This document shows positions 39,030-48,983 of a DNA stretch of 64,000 bases, piece by piece. Location: assembly GCA_965217585.1 (NCBI GenBank), contig OZ244561.1, positions 2,944,001 through 3,008,000 on the forward strand. Reading direction: 5' to 3'. The stretch's first letter is position 1, and every line of letters starts with the position of its first letter. The notes under the pieces are model-generated. The model had not been told where the DNA came from, did no database searches, and saw only the letters and a list, made by a program, of their open reading frames with translations. The DNA comes from Candidatus Latescibacterota bacterium. Its GTDB lineage: Bacteria > Latescibacterota > UBA2968 > UBA8231. The translations under genes and the position numbers were made by a program.

Positions 39030-39176
39030 TGCCGTCGGTATAGATGAGGTGAGTTTGACCGGCGACTCGTTCGATGGCGAACCAGTCGCGGTCGAGGGAG
39101 AGCGTGAACTCGCCGGAGGCTGTGTTGCCGCCGACATGTTCAATGTCGAGGTGTCCTGTGCGAAATCACCGGTCAT
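39030..39176 (-). pseudogene. Frameshifted remnant of a PPC-like domain surface protein
   Basis: MTGDFAQDTST, then in a shifted frame VGGNTASGEFTLSLDRDWFAIERVAGQTHLI; resembles DRDWFAVEL.AG..Y PPC repeats. Confidence 0.45.
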
Positions 39177-39417
39177 AAGGCAGCCTCCCGTCTACGTCGT
39201 CTACGCCTAAATGCGCTACCGTTGGTGAGTGCACTCACCTTTCAAAACGGGTGAAGGGGTGCTTCCGTTCCCGCGAAGTCTTGCCGTCCTTTATTTCGCC
39301 CCTTGTGGACGATATTAAGACCTTGACAGAGGCCCCCCCCAAGACGCCTTATTATGCCCATGCGTTAGCTGGTGGACCAGAGACGCGTTTCGCCTGTGCA
39401 GAGGTAAAGGGAAAATC

Positions 39418-40221
39418 ATGACAGATCTCACCATGAGTGCCGAACAGATTCGCCAGTTTGACGAGGACGGCTACCTAATCCTCGAAAACCTCTTGCCCCC
39501 GGAGGACGTCGAGCGGATTATGCGCATCGCCCGCTGCGACCCGCAGTTGGCTGCCGACGCCAAGGGCAACCAGAATTACGAAGGCGAAGGACTCGACACC
39601 CGCTTGGCTTATCGCCCCGACCTTGCCGACGATGTGTACAGCGCCCTAGCTCGCAGCCGCCGACTCGTCGAACCGCTCGAACAGTTGTTCGGCGACCGGG
39701 TGCGCTACTACTATCAATTGCAAATGATGAAAGATCCTCAGACCGGCGGGTGGCAGTACCACCAGGACTACGGCTACCACTACGAGCAATTCTTCTACCC
39801 CGCGTTCGCCAGCGTCATGGTCGCCCTCGATCCGGCTACCCGCGCCAATGGCTGCCTGAAAGTGGTGCGAGGCTCCAACCGCCTAGGTCGGCTCGAACAC
39901 CAGTCCTCCGGCTCCCAGCGCATCGCCGATCCGCAGCGAGTCGCAATGGCGCTGCGGGAAATGGAGGAAGTGTATTGCGAACTAGCGCCGGGATCGGTCC
40001 TATACTTTCACGGCAACACGCTGCACGCCTCAGAGCCAAACCTTAGCTCGCAGCCGCGTTGGTCGCTCATCTATGCGTACGTGGCTGCCTCCAATACGTA
40101 CGTCCTACCCGACTGGCCCGACGACCAGTGCCCTCTCCTAGAAAAATGGGACGATTCCAAAGTGGACGCCGCTGCTCGGCGGCATTGGGAGGCTGTGGCC
40201 GCAACTAAGAAAGGAGGATAA
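39418..40221 (+). CDS. PhyH-family dioxygenase (canonical HxD)
   Basis: FDEDGYL, YHQDYGY, NGCLKVVRGS and FHGNTLH motifs. Confidence 0.9.
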   Translation: MTDLTMSAEQIRQFDEDGYLILENLLPPEDVERIMRIARCDPQLAADAKGNQNYEGEGLDTRLAYRPDLADDVYSALARSRRLVEPLEQLFGDRVRYYYQLQMMKDPQTGGWQYHQDYGYHYEQFFYPAFASVMVALDPATRANGCLKVVRGSNRLGRLEHQSSGSQRIADPQRVAMALREMEEVYCELAPGSVLYFHGNTLHASEPNLSSQPRWSLIYAYVAASNTYVLPDWPDDQCPLLEKWDDSKVDAAARRHWEAVAATKKGG

Positions 40222-40223
40222 GC

Positions 40224-41042
40224 GTGGAGAATTCCACAGGGAACGTTGCAGCCGTCTTAATGGTTGCTTCTACGTTATGCGTTATTCATGCCGTCCCTGG
40301 GCTGTCGCAGCCGGCCGATGCTAAAAGAAAGGTGTACGTCGGCACCATGGTGGCCGTCATTTTTGGCCAGGACCTGCACCATAAAACGGCTTTTACCACC
40401 CCTGATAATGAAGAGATGACAGTTTCGAGCCATCTCGTTATTGATTACGGAATCGGGTTCGCGGGCATTGCGGGAAAAGGAATTTCCGATTATGCGGCGC
40501 TTGAATTTACCGGCTCTTGGTCGAGGCTGCCATCCCATCTCGAAGTTCCCCTGCCCTTACCCACCTTCTTTACGGAGGGGCTCTCCCAAAGCGGTTTTGA
40601 ACTACCTAGCGGTTTTAACTATGACGGGAAATTAGTGGCACTGCAGTCGAAGATTGATCTTTTGCTTTACCCGACAAAGATGGCCACGAGTCCCAGCGGC
40701 GGCGCGAAGCCGTACTTGGGAGGTGGCGTGGGAATCGTACGATCGGACATGGACATGGATATTGAAAAGGAGGGGTCGCAGGCAGTTGTCGAGACTTTGG
40801 GGAGTTTTGCCGAACTGGTTCCCGAAAATCTTGCCGGACTGATTCCCGAAAATCTTGCCGGACTGATTCCCGAAAAGATAGACGAAAAAGAAACGGATCT
40901 GCAGTTGACCCTGCGGGCGGGCGTAAACATGCCCTTCAACAGCATGGACTTAGATTTGGGTTGGCAGTTCTACAGAACATACGTTAAAGGGAAAGACAAC
41001 GATTCTCACGTGGCGGGCGGCATCCTGAAGTACGTGTTTTAA
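40224..41042 (+). CDS. Outer-membrane beta-barrel protein
   Basis: Signal peptide, KPYLGGGVG and terminal LKYVF (BAM-type beta signal). Confidence 0.75.
   Translation: MENSTGNVAAVLMVASTLCVIHAVPGLSQPADAKRKVYVGTMVAVIFGQDLHHKTAFTTPDNEEMTVSSHLVIDYGIGFAGIAGKGISDYAALEFTGSWSRLPSHLEVPLPLPTFFTEGLSQSGFELPSGFNYDGKLVALQSKIDLLLYPTKMATSPSGGAKPYLGGGVGIVRSDMDMDIEKEGSQAVVETLGSFAELVPENLAGLIPENLAGLIPEKIDEKETDLQLTLRAGVNMPFNSMDLDLGWQFYRTYVKGKDNDSHVAGGILKYVF
40819..40876 (+). repeat. In-frame 24-bp tandem repeat (about 2.4 copies)
   Basis: TTCCCGAAAATCTTGCCGGACTGA x2 plus TTCCCGAAAA, encoding PENLAGLI repeats. Confidence 0.9.
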
Positions 41043-41109
41043 GCGCTCCTTGTGCCAGCCGGGTTGCCAGCGGCCCCGGCCTATCGGCATGCGCTCGCTC
41101 ATGTTTGCT

Positions 41110-41215
41110 CCTTTCATCTGCGCCAAAAAGCGTTTGGCGTTCCCGGCAAAGTGATCCTCGACCTCATTGCCGTCAACCCCAGCATCTCAGCGATTTGGCG
41201 CTCCTGATTGAGCTG
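41110..41215 (-). pseudogene. Possible amidohydrolase C-terminal remnant
   Basis: IAEMLGLT / NEVEDHFAGNAKRFLAQMKG across a frameshift; resembles the GNA.R end of Amidohydro_2 proteins. Confidence 0.35.
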
Positions 41216-41364
41216 ACGAAGGCACCCCATAGCCGGATTTCGACATGGCCCTCATGGCCCTGTGTGCTCCCGGTACCTTGACAGAATTATCGCTCATGGT
41301 TCCTTATTATGACTATACACAAATGGAGCCACTTATATCGCTTAATTAACGATGGGATTAGCTA

Positions 41365-42399
41365 ATGAAAAAAAAGCAAGCTACCATCAAAGATATTGCA
41401 CGGGAGTTGAAGATTTCGCATTCGACCGTCTCTCGGGCACTATCTCAGGATCGGAAGGTGTCGGCCTTGGTCAAAGAGCAGACCCGAACGCGGGTGAAAC
41501 GAGTAGCCGCCGAGCTGGACTACAGCCCCAATTTGATGGCGCAGGGGTTTGTGACGGGGAAGACGGGTACCTTGGGTCTGCTGACCCATCAGGTTTCCCG
41601 GGCGATATTTAGCAGTCAGACCAATCAGATTCTGAAGGTGGCTGACAAGCAGAAGTATCATATCTTGGTGGGCATGGCCGCTAACCGGACTCCTCTGATT
41701 CCACTAGACGACCAGACCATTCAGATCAAGCAGTTGCTTTCCCGGGGTGTAGACGGGCTGTTCATTAATACGCGGGGCCACAAAGATGAGCCCGAGCGAA
41801 TTTTGGATGTCGTGCGGGAACGAGTGCCCGTGGTGACGTTTATCTACCCGACGCCCAACCTGAGCGGGGTCGTGTTGGACCTGATAACAGATTTTTTTGA
41901 GGTCACAGAGCATTTGATCAAGTTGGGCCACGAGCGGATCGGGTTTATCGGCCCGGACTGGGATGAGGCCAGCCCGGTTTCAGCCAAGGCCAAGGGGTAT
42001 TTACAGGCGATGCAAAAGCACGGCCTGTCGCACGAATTCCTACCGGCCTTGGGCATCCATGCGAAGGGGGGGTATCGTCAGAGTAAAAGGCTCGGCGACC
42101 GGTTTACGGCTCTTGTGTGCCGGGATGATTATACGGCCATAGGCGTTTGTCGCGGGCTACGGGAATCAGGTCTTCGCGTCCCCGAGGATGTGGCTGTGGT
42201 GGGGCACGACGATACCGACGTGGCGGCGTATGTGACACCGGCACTGACGACCTTGACAACTCCCTACGAGGCGATTGCCCAAGCGGCGATGGAGCTGATG
42301 CTGGAACAGCTTGAGGGGGAGGAGACGCCTCGGCAAATAACCTTGAAATCGCCTCTGGTCGTGCGGGAATCCTGCGGGGCGAACATAAGTGAAAAATGA
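41365..42399 (+). CDS. LacI-family transcriptional regulator
   Basis: TIKDIARELKISHSTVSRAL, YSPN, VPEDVAVVGHDD, PALTT and LVVRESCG motifs. Confidence 0.95.
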   Translation: MKKKQATIKDIARELKISHSTVSRALSQDRKVSALVKEQTRTRVKRVAAELDYSPNLMAQGFVTGKTGTLGLLTHQVSRAIFSSQTNQILKVADKQKYHILVGMAANRTPLIPLDDQTIQIKQLLSRGVDGLFINTRGHKDEPERILDVVRERVPVVTFIYPTPNLSGVVLDLITDFFEVTEHLIKLGHERIGFIGPDWDEASPVSAKAKGYLQAMQKHGLSHEFLPALGIHAKGGYRQSKRLGDRFTALVCRDDYTAIGVCRGLRESGLRVPEDVAVVGHDDTDVAAYVTPALTTLTTPYEAIAQAAMELMLEQLEGEETPRQITLKSPLVVRESCGANISEK

Positions 42400-42465
42400 T
42401 CGAAAGGGCGCGCATTGCCCCGAGTGAGGGCGTGGCCTATATTACAGAGACATTGAGAATATAGC

Positions 42466-42550
42466 TTCCGTTGGGGGTGGTCCGGCAGCGGGCCTGAGAT
42501 TTTATACCCTTCGAACCTGAACTGGATCGTGCCAGCGTAGGGAAACGGAT
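42466..42550 (+). ncRNA. TPP riboswitch
   Basis: GGGG...CTGAGA...ATACCC..GAACCTGA..GGAT..CCAGCGTAGGGA with P1 TCCGTT/AACGGA; upstream of a TonB receptor and thiN. Confidence 0.93.
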
Positions 42551-42570
42551 GCCGTACGCACCGCGTACGC

Positions 42571-42604
42571 TCCGCTGGCCCATCTTGGGCGAGCGGTTTT
42601 TTTA
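42571..42604 (+). terminator. Intrinsic terminator (riboswitch expression platform)
   Basis: CCGCT-GCCCA-loop-TGGGC-AGCGG hairpin followed by TTTTTTT. Confidence 0.75.
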
Positions 42605-42653
42605 TGCCCCTCGACGGAATTCTTCCGCAAGTGCGAAACGAGGGAGCAGATCT

Positions 42654-44996
42654 ATGAAAATTTCAATGCCGTTGGCCAGCTTGCTGGCCGGTTTATTGAC
42701 GCTGTCGGCGCTATCCTTGGCGCAGGCCGAGGAAATCTCCGGTCAGGTATTGGATGCGGCCACAGGTCGCCCTTTGGAAGGGGCCAATGTGCAGGCCGGG
42801 AACACGGCCACCACCACCGACGTCCAAGGCCGCTTCAGGGTGGAGGCGGCCCCGGGCGATTCCCTCGACATTTCCTTTATCGGCTACCAGCGCGCACGGG
42901 TAGCGGTCGTCTCGCCGCTGGTCGTGGCCCTGGAGCGCACGGTTTTGCAAGTGCCCGCAGTGGTGGTGGAAGGCGGCTTGATGCGCCAGCGACTCGACCG
43001 CTTAGCCGCCAGCGTCACGGTGGTAGATGGGGACCGTTCCCGGGCCAGCGGGGCCGGGCACTTGCAGGACGCGACCCATGCGGTGCCCAATTTGAATTGG
43101 GCTGGCGGCTCGTCCCGGCCGCGCTATTTCCAGATCCGGGGCATTGGCGAGCGCAGCCATTACGCTGGCGAAGGGCCGCCTAGTTTTTCAGTGGGATTCG
43201 TCATGGACGATGTTGACTTGAGCGGCATGGGCACGGCCGGTTTGCTCTTTGACGTCGATCAGGTCGAAGTCTTCAAAGGCCCCCAGTCAACCATTTTTGG
43301 CCCCAACGCCTTGGCCGGCCTGATCAACTTGCGCTCAGCCGATCCCCAGCGGGGGTTTGCCGGGATGGGCAGCGCCGAGATGGGCAGCGATGGCTTAGGG
43401 CGTTTTTCCGGGGCGGTGAATCTGCCGGTGGGGACCGATTTGGCGCTGCGCGTGGGGTACGAAAACGGCCGCGCCAACGGCTTTCGCAGCAACGCCTTCC
43501 TCGACGCCGACGATACCAACCACCGGCGCGAGCAGTTGCTGCGCGCCAAGGTGGGCTGGACCCCGGCGGCCGGCCCCGAGATCTTGGGCACCTTCTTTTG
43601 GGCCGATATGGACAACGGGTACGACGCCTGGGTGCCCGACAACAACGAGGACTTGACCACCTATTCCGACAAGCTGGGCAAGGACCGCCAGCAGACGACC
43701 GGGGCCTCGCTCAAGAGCACTTGGGGGCTGGGCGCGAGTGGTGCCGAATTGGTCGCGATTACCGCGTTTTCGCGTAGCGAATTGGAGCACAGCTACGACG
43801 GCGATTGGGGCAACGACGAGTACTGGCTGCAAGCGCCGTACAACTTCGATCCAGCCGTCGAGGGATGGAACTACGACTTCTTCGACCGCAATGTGCGCGA
43901 CCGCACGGTTCTGAGCCAAGAGGCCCGGCTCTTGGTCGAGGAACTGGTGGTGGGAGCCTATTGGAAGCGCCTCGAAGAGGAAGACAATGCCGCGGGCTAT
44001 TTGTTCGGCGGCGACGCCACGGACCTGAACGGGCGCTACGAGATCGACAACTTGGCCTTTTACGGCCAGTACGGGCTGGCCTTGGGCCAAGGGTTGCGGT
44101 TGGAAGTCAATGCTCGGCTCGATCGCAACGATACGGCTTATGAGGGGACGACGACGAATTACGGGGCTGACAGCACCAGCACCGCTTTCGCCGTCGATCA
44201 ATGGCTGGGTGGCGGCAAAACGGCCCTCAGTTACGACTGGCGTCCGGGCCATACCCTGTACGCTTCGGCCTCGCGCGGCTATCGCTCCGGCGGGGTCAAC
44301 CAGCACCCGTACTTGGCCGCGGAGAACCGCCCTTACGACCCCGAATACATAGTCAATTTTGAAATCGGCTGGCGCGCTAGTGGGCCGCGTTATTCCACCG
44401 GGCTGACCCTGTTCCACGCCCTGCGCTCGGACCAGCAGGTCGAACTGTCGAGTCAGCAGGATCCGGGCGACCCCAACAGCTTTTTCTATTTCACGGCCAA
44501 TGCCGTCTCAGGCCGCAACAGCGGCTTGGAATGGGAGCAGACCGTCCGCCTTTTGCCCCAAGTCGAACTCTTCGGCTCGCTGGGTGTGCTCACTACTCAC
44601 ATCGATACTTACACCTTCCCCACGGAAGACGGGGAAGTAACGCTGGGGGACCGGGCCGCAGCTCACGCCCCCAACTACACCTTTAGCTTGGGCGGCAAAT
44701 ACCGCCATCAGTCGGGCTTGGAGGCGCGGCTGGCCCTGACTGGCATGGATCAATTCTTCTTCTCCGATGGCCACGACCAAGTCTCAGAGCCTTATCGATT
44801 GGTCAACGGCCACATCGCCTACCAGTGGGAAGCATGGTCCCTGCAACTATGGGGCCGCAACCTGCTCGATGAGCGCTATGGGGTGCGGGGCTTCTACTTT
44901 GGCCTAGAGCCGCCCGATTACGCCGATAAGCTGTACAAAACCTACGGCGATCCGCGCCAGATCGGCGTGCGGCTGACGACGCAGTTTGGAGACTAA
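42654..44996 (+). CDS. TonB-dependent receptor, probably for thiamine or a precursor
   Basis: Start MKISMPL at 42654. Carboxypeptidase-regulatory-like N domain, plug motifs IRGIG and VEVFKGPQST, terminal YGDPRQIGVRL; under a TPP riboswitch. Confidence 0.9.
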   Translation: MKISMPLASLLAGLLTLSALSLAQAEEISGQVLDAATGRPLEGANVQAGNTATTTDVQGRFRVEAAPGDSLDISFIGYQRARVAVVSPLVVALERTVLQVPAVVVEGGLMRQRLDRLAASVTVVDGDRSRASGAGHLQDATHAVPNLNWAGGSSRPRYFQIRGIGERSHYAGEGPPSFSVGFVMDDVDLSGMGTAGLLFDVDQVEVFKGPQSTIFGPNALAGLINLRSADPQRGFAGMGSAEMGSDGLGRFSGAVNLPVGTDLALRVGYENGRANGFRSNAFLDADDTNHRREQLLRAKVGWTPAAGPEILGTFFWADMDNGYDAWVPDNNEDLTTYSDKLGKDRQQTTGASLKSTWGLGASGAELVAITAFSRSELEHSYDGDWGNDEYWLQAPYNFDPAVEGWNYDFFDRNVRDRTVLSQEARLLVEELVVGAYWKRLEEEDNAAGYLFGGDATDLNGRYEIDNLAFYGQYGLALGQGLRLEVNARLDRNDTAYEGTTTNYGADSTSTAFAVDQWLGGGKTALSYDWRPGHTLYASASRGYRSGGVNQHPYLAAENRPYDPEYIVNFEIGWRASGPRYSTGLTLFHALRSDQQVELSSQQDPGDPNSFFYFTANAVSGRNSGLEWEQTVRLLPQVELFGSLGVLTTHIDTYTFPTEDGEVTLGDRAAAHAPNYTFSLGGKYRHQSGLEARLALTGMDQFFFSDGHDQVSEPYRLVNGHIAYQWEAWSLQLWGRNLLDERYGVRGFYFGLEPPDYADKLYKTYGDPRQIGVRLTTQFGD

Positions 44997-45000
44997 AGTC

Positions 45001-45669
45001 GTGAGCGGTCAGTCCGCTTTAATCGTCGGCAACGGCGAGCCACCTTCCCGAGCACTATTCGCCGCCTGTGCTCGGGAAGCCGAGTTGATTCTGTGCGCCG
45101 ACGGCGGTGCTAATATCGCCTCGGCGTACGGGTACGTGCCCGATTACATCGTCGGCGATCTCGACTCGGTCAGCCGCCAAAGCAAGGCCGCCCTTGCCGC
45201 CGACCGCCTTATCCTCGTTGACCCCGAGGGCGATGTGGGCACGGATGGCCAAAAGGTCCTCAACCACGCTGTCGCTTTGGGTGTTACCAAAGCCGTCCTC
45301 CTCGGTTTTACGGGACGGCGCACCGATCACCTGCTGGGCAATTTGAGTCTGCTCAAGACCTTTGCCGACCACCTCACCTTGCGATTAGTTGACGACTACT
45401 GCGACATCCGCCTCATCGACCGCCGCATCCGCTTTCGCGCCGCCCTTGGCCAGAAAATTTCCCTGTGCCCACTCGACGGCGCGGCGGAAGGTATTGAGAC
45501 GTTTGGATTAAAATGGCCCTTGCGGTCCGAGAGCCTGATCCCGGGCGTGCGCGAGGGCATCTCCAATGAGGTGGTGGACAATCCGGTCGAGATTAGGGTC
45601 GGGCGCGGCGACTTGCTGTTGTGTGTGCAGCGAGAGCGCGCGTCCGGGCAGATCGAGTTGCTGGATTAG
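45001..45669 (+). CDS. thiN: Thiamine pyrophosphokinase
   Basis: CADGGAN, PDYIVGDLDS, TD, GRRTDHLLGN, GLKWPL and GISNE motifs. Confidence 0.93.
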   Translation: MSGQSALIVGNGEPPSRALFAACAREAELILCADGGANIASAYGYVPDYIVGDLDSVSRQSKAALAADRLILVDPEGDVGTDGQKVLNHAVALGVTKAVLLGFTGRRTDHLLGNLSLLKTFADHLTLRLVDDYCDIRLIDRRIRFRAALGQKISLCPLDGAAEGIETFGLKWPLRSESLIPGVREGISNEVVDNPVEIRVGRGDLLLCVQRERASGQIELLD

Positions 45670-45681
45670 TTCCCCGACGAA

Positions 45682-46632
45682 TCAGGCCGAGCAGCTAGCG
45701 CCCCCGAGGACGCAAAACTGGGCGCAGTGGGGGTGGTTGAGCTTCACCGGGCCCCAGGCTTCGGTTAGGGTCCGGCCCATCTCAAAGGCCGCGTCATACG
45801 GTAGCAGGGTACAGGAGAGCACGACCGGAGAATCCACTCCCTTGCGCTTGACGACCATGCGCGACGAGGCGCACATGATGTCGTCGGGCGATTGGCCGAG
45901 CAGGTCCCAGCAGCCGGTGGTGATCTCGGGAACATCAACGGAGGAGTTCATCTCTGGGAAGATGATGAGCTGGCTGGGGTCGATCGCGTCAATGCGCACG
46001 CCGAGGTCGGCGAAGAGACGGGCGAAGCCAGCGCGCAATTCGCTCTCTTCGTCACCCCAGAGCGTGCGGCCGGCGGCTGTTAGGCGGAAGCCGCAATCGG
46101 AGAGCCAGCGCAAGCCCTCGATCATCGGTGCCCAAGAGCGCTCGCCGCGCTCCGCCTCGTGCAGCGCCGACTCGTAGTGGTCGATGGAGACGCGGATCGT
46201 CAGCCGGTCGCCGTGCGCGTCGCGCAGCCGCAGCAGGCCGTCGGCGCACTTCATCATCGGTCGCATGGCGTTGGTCAGCACCAAGCTCTCGAAGCCCCGT
46301 CCCAGCACGTCCTCAAGCATGCCGAGCATCTCGGGATTCATAAAAGGCTCGCCGCCGGTGAAGCCGATTTCGCGCGTGCTCAGCCGGTCGCGCTCAATTT
46401 CGTCGAGGTACGCTGCCACCTCTGCTGCTGTGAGGTACATTAGACGGTCGTTGCGCGGACTCGATTCGATGTAGCAGTTGGCACACTCTAGGTTGCAAAG
46501 GGTGCCGGTGTTGAACCACAAGGTTTCCAGCCGCGTCAACGCCACGCGAGCTCGCTCCTCTCCGTCGGCGGTGACGTCGGGGTCTTGGAACTTGCGTGGG
46601 TCTAGGCGGGGCGGGGCTTGCGCTTGGGTCAT
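45682..46632 (-). CDS. Radical SAM protein (ArsS-related family)
   Basis: WFNTGTLCNLECANC (CxxxCxxC), FTGGEP and a Cys-rich C-terminus HPHCAQFCVLGGASCS. Confidence 0.85.
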   Translation of the reverse strand: MTQAQAPPRLDPRKFQDPDVTADGEERARVALTRLETLWFNTGTLCNLECANCYIESSPRNDRLMYLTAAEVAAYLDEIERDRLSTREIGFTGGEPFMNPEMLGMLEDVLGRGFESLVLTNAMRPMMKCADGLLRLRDAHGDRLTIRVSIDHYESALHEAERGERSWAPMIEGLRWLSDCGFRLTAAGRTLWGDEESELRAGFARLFADLGVRIDAIDPSQLIIFPEMNSSVDVPEITTGCWDLLGQSPDDIMCASSRMVVKRKGVDSPVVLSCTLLPYDAAFEMGRTLTEAWGPVKLNHPHCAQFCVLGGASCSA

Positions 46633-46824
46633 GCTGCCTCCGGTCTGGGTCTCGTCATCCAAGGCGACGGGGATGCGGGTGTTGACCGCTTGGGCGTCGT
46701 GCGGCTGCTAAAAGAGTCGATAGCTTAATAGACTGTCAAGGTAAGCTACAGTTCTGGGAGCCGTATTTACAGGGGCTATGGCGAAGGAAGATTGCGGCGC
46801 GATCGTAAAGTAGAGTCTTATCTA

Positions 46825-46948
46825 GGGCATCCGCGACGGCCTCTCCAACGAGGTGGTGGACAACCCGGTCGAAATGGTGGGACGCGGCGATCTGCTGTTG
46901 TGCGTGCAGCGGCAGAGCGCGTCCGGGCAGATCGAGCCGCTGAATTAG
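46825..46948 (+). pseudogene. Second copy of the thiN 3' end
   Basis: GIRDGLSNEVVDNPVE..GRGDLLLCVQR..SGQIEPLN* matches 45543-45669 with small indels. Confidence 0.85.
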
Positions 46949-47607
46949 TCGCTGTCCCAAGCCAGCGATAGCTGAATCCCAACCTGCCCGGTCCCCAATT
47001 CCAAGCGCGGCGCGATCTCCACTCCCTGCTCCTGCTTTTCGTCGCCCAACGCGAGCAACTGCCACCCAGCGAGGGCAAAGGCCGCCGCAGTCATCCAGCT
47101 CATCTGGCTTTGGGTGTCGCGGCTGTTGGCGCGGTCCAAAAAGCGCTCGGCTTCTTGCGGCGTGCTGGCCTTTTGGTAGCGCCGATAAGCGTCGTCGCCC
47201 TGCTGGCGAAAGTCCCAGCTTTTGACGAGCAGTATCGCGCTCCCGCTGCAAAGGGCCCAGCCCCAAGCGCGGCGCGACGTCATCCAGCCACGATCTGCGC
47301 CCCTTACCGACCATGCCACCGCCCCTAAACCCATCGCCCCCATCACCACCGCCCGCGTGTCGAATCGTCGGCGCTCGTCGTAGAAGATCTGCGCGTCGCT
47401 GCTGGACTCTGTCCGCTCGTAGCGCTCGTCGGCCCGGTTGGCTTCCCGCCGCGCCTGATAGGCTTCGCTGAGCAGCCAGCCGCCGGCACCCAGCGCGATA
47501 TAGCTGGCTACTTTGCGCGAGAGGCGCGGACCATCCGCTCGCGCCTCTCCGAGCGACGCCAGCGTCAGGATGCAGGCCAGTGTTAGAATGCTCCGTCTGT
47601 TGTTCAC
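46945..47607 (-). CDS. Secreted/membrane hypothetical protein with two internal repeats
   Basis: Signal peptide and two hydrophobic-helix / ..Y..Y..A / hydrophobic-helix units; GTG overlaps the TolC stop. Confidence 0.7.
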   Translation of the reverse strand: MNNRRSILTLACILTLASLGEARADGPRLSRKVASYIALGAGGWLLSEAYQARREANRADERYERTESSSDAQIFYDERRRFDTRAVVMGAMGLGAVAWSVRGADRGWMTSRRAWGWALCSGSAILLVKSWDFRQQGDDAYRRYQKASTPQEAERFLDRANSRDTQSQMSWMTAAAFALAGWQLLALGDEKQEQGVEIAPRLELGTGQVGIQLSLAWDSD

Positions 47608-48983
47608 CGCAGGTCTCCACGCCCTCTGGCGGCGACGGGTTTCCCCACCGCTTGGTCGAGCTGGGCTAGCTGGATGTGGTAGTTGAAAATGGCCTGGACT
47701 AAGTCGTTGCGCGCCGCAAAAAGGCTCGCTTGCGCTTGGAGCCGCTCTAGCTGCGTTCCGGTGGACAAAGCATAGCGCTCCTGCGCCAGCTTGTAGCTTT
47801 CCTCGGCAGCGCTGACCGCGATCTGGTTGGCCTCAATGCTGCGCCGATATAGCTCGATATTGAGGAAGGCTCTTTTAATATCCAGTGCCACCTGCCGCTT
47901 AGCTTGGTCGAAGTCTTCCATGCGCTGGCGGTAGTTCAGCTTTTGCGACTTGATGGAATTCTGGGTGCTCAAGCGGTTGAATAACGGCAGCCCCAGGCTC
48001 ACGCTGAACGAGTAGCCGTAGTTTTTCAAAAAGAGATCTTCCGGCCCCGCAAACGTCTCGTCGGCCCGCAGTCGCCAGTTGTAGCCGGTGCTCATGCTCA
48101 CGGTCGGGTGCAGCAACTCGTAGCGGGTCCCGCGCAGGTCCTCCTCGGCTTGCAGCAATAAAAACTCCTGCGACCGCAAGTCCGGGCGGTGCTCCAGCGC
48201 CAAGGCCAAGGCTTCCTCGTAGCTCAGCGCGAGCGGTACCATCGCAAATTCCTCCTCGACCGGCACAATCGGTTCGTAGGTCCGCAAGCCCATGGCAAAG
48301 GCCAAGTCGGCACCAGTCACCGCGACGCTGTTTTCGCGGTCGATTAGGTTCGCCCGTGCGCTGGCCAACGCGGCCCGCTCCGTCAGCACATCCGACAGGG
48401 GCACCGAGCGGACCTCGAAGAGCGTCTCGGCCCGGCGCAGGCTCTCCTCTGAGACCCGCACCTGCTCGGTCTGTACCTTCATCAGTTCAATAGCCTGCAA
48501 TAAGCTGAAGTATCCCTGCTTGACCTCAAAGACTACTTGCTGCTGGCTCGTACTCAGGTCCATCTCGGCCGCCTTGTGCCCCAGTTTGCTCGACGCTAGG
48601 GCGGTCCAGTTGCCGCGATTGTACAGGTTCATACTGAAGCCGGTACCCAGCGACTGCGAGCCGCTGGAGGTGCTCTCGCCGAGGGTAGAGGTGACCTCGC
48701 CGGTGGCTGGATCGACAAAGGATCCCTCGCGCGGCCCGGAGACGCTGCGCGACATCCCGTAGGAGGCGCTGATCGATGGTAGAAAGGCATTGCGAGCGTT
48801 CCCGATTTGGATCGCCGCGGCTTCGATATTGGAGCGGCCCTGGATGACCGCGGCGCTCTGCTCTAGGGCGATGGCGATGCAGTCGTCCATGCTCAAGCGG
48901 AGCGCCGCTGGCTCTGCTGCGCCGCTGGGGCGCGTCAGGACCCCCACCACCAGCCAGCAGAAAACGGTGTGTTTACTTTTCAC
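47604..48983 (-). CDS. TolC-family outer membrane factor
   Basis: LSMDDCIAIAL, FLPSIS, ALEHRPDL, LPLFN and QLDQAVG motifs; GTG at 48983 overlaps the upstream stop. Confidence 0.9.
   Translation of the reverse strand: MKSKHTVFCWLVVGVLTRPSGAAEPAALRLSMDDCIAIALEQSAAVIQGRSNIEAAAIQIGNARNAFLPSISASYGMSRSVSGPREGSFVDPATGEVTSTLGESTSSGSQSLGTGFSMNLYNRGNWTALASSKLGHKAAEMDLSTSQQQVVFEVKQGYFSLLQAIELMKVQTEQVRVSEESLRRAETLFEVRSVPLSDVLTERAALASARANLIDRENSVAVTGADLAFAMGLRTYEPIVPVEEEFAMVPLALSYEEALALALEHRPDLRSQEFLLLQAEEDLRGTRYELLHPTVSMSTGYNWRLRADETFAGPEDLFLKNYGYSFSVSLGLPLFNRLSTQNSIKSQKLNYRQRMEDFDQAKRQVALDIKRAFLNIELYRRSIEANQIAVSAAEESYKLAQERYALSTGTQLERLQAQASLFAARNDLVQAIFNYHIQLAQLDQAVGKPVAARGRGDLR

Noticed and set aside
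45682-46632. Radical SAM as a RiPP maturase or selenoprotein linked to the exporter
   Set aside because: No precursor peptide, RRE or SPASM motif was seen. The TGA follows a complete-looking C-terminus, and the gene lies in a separate thiN-bounded block.
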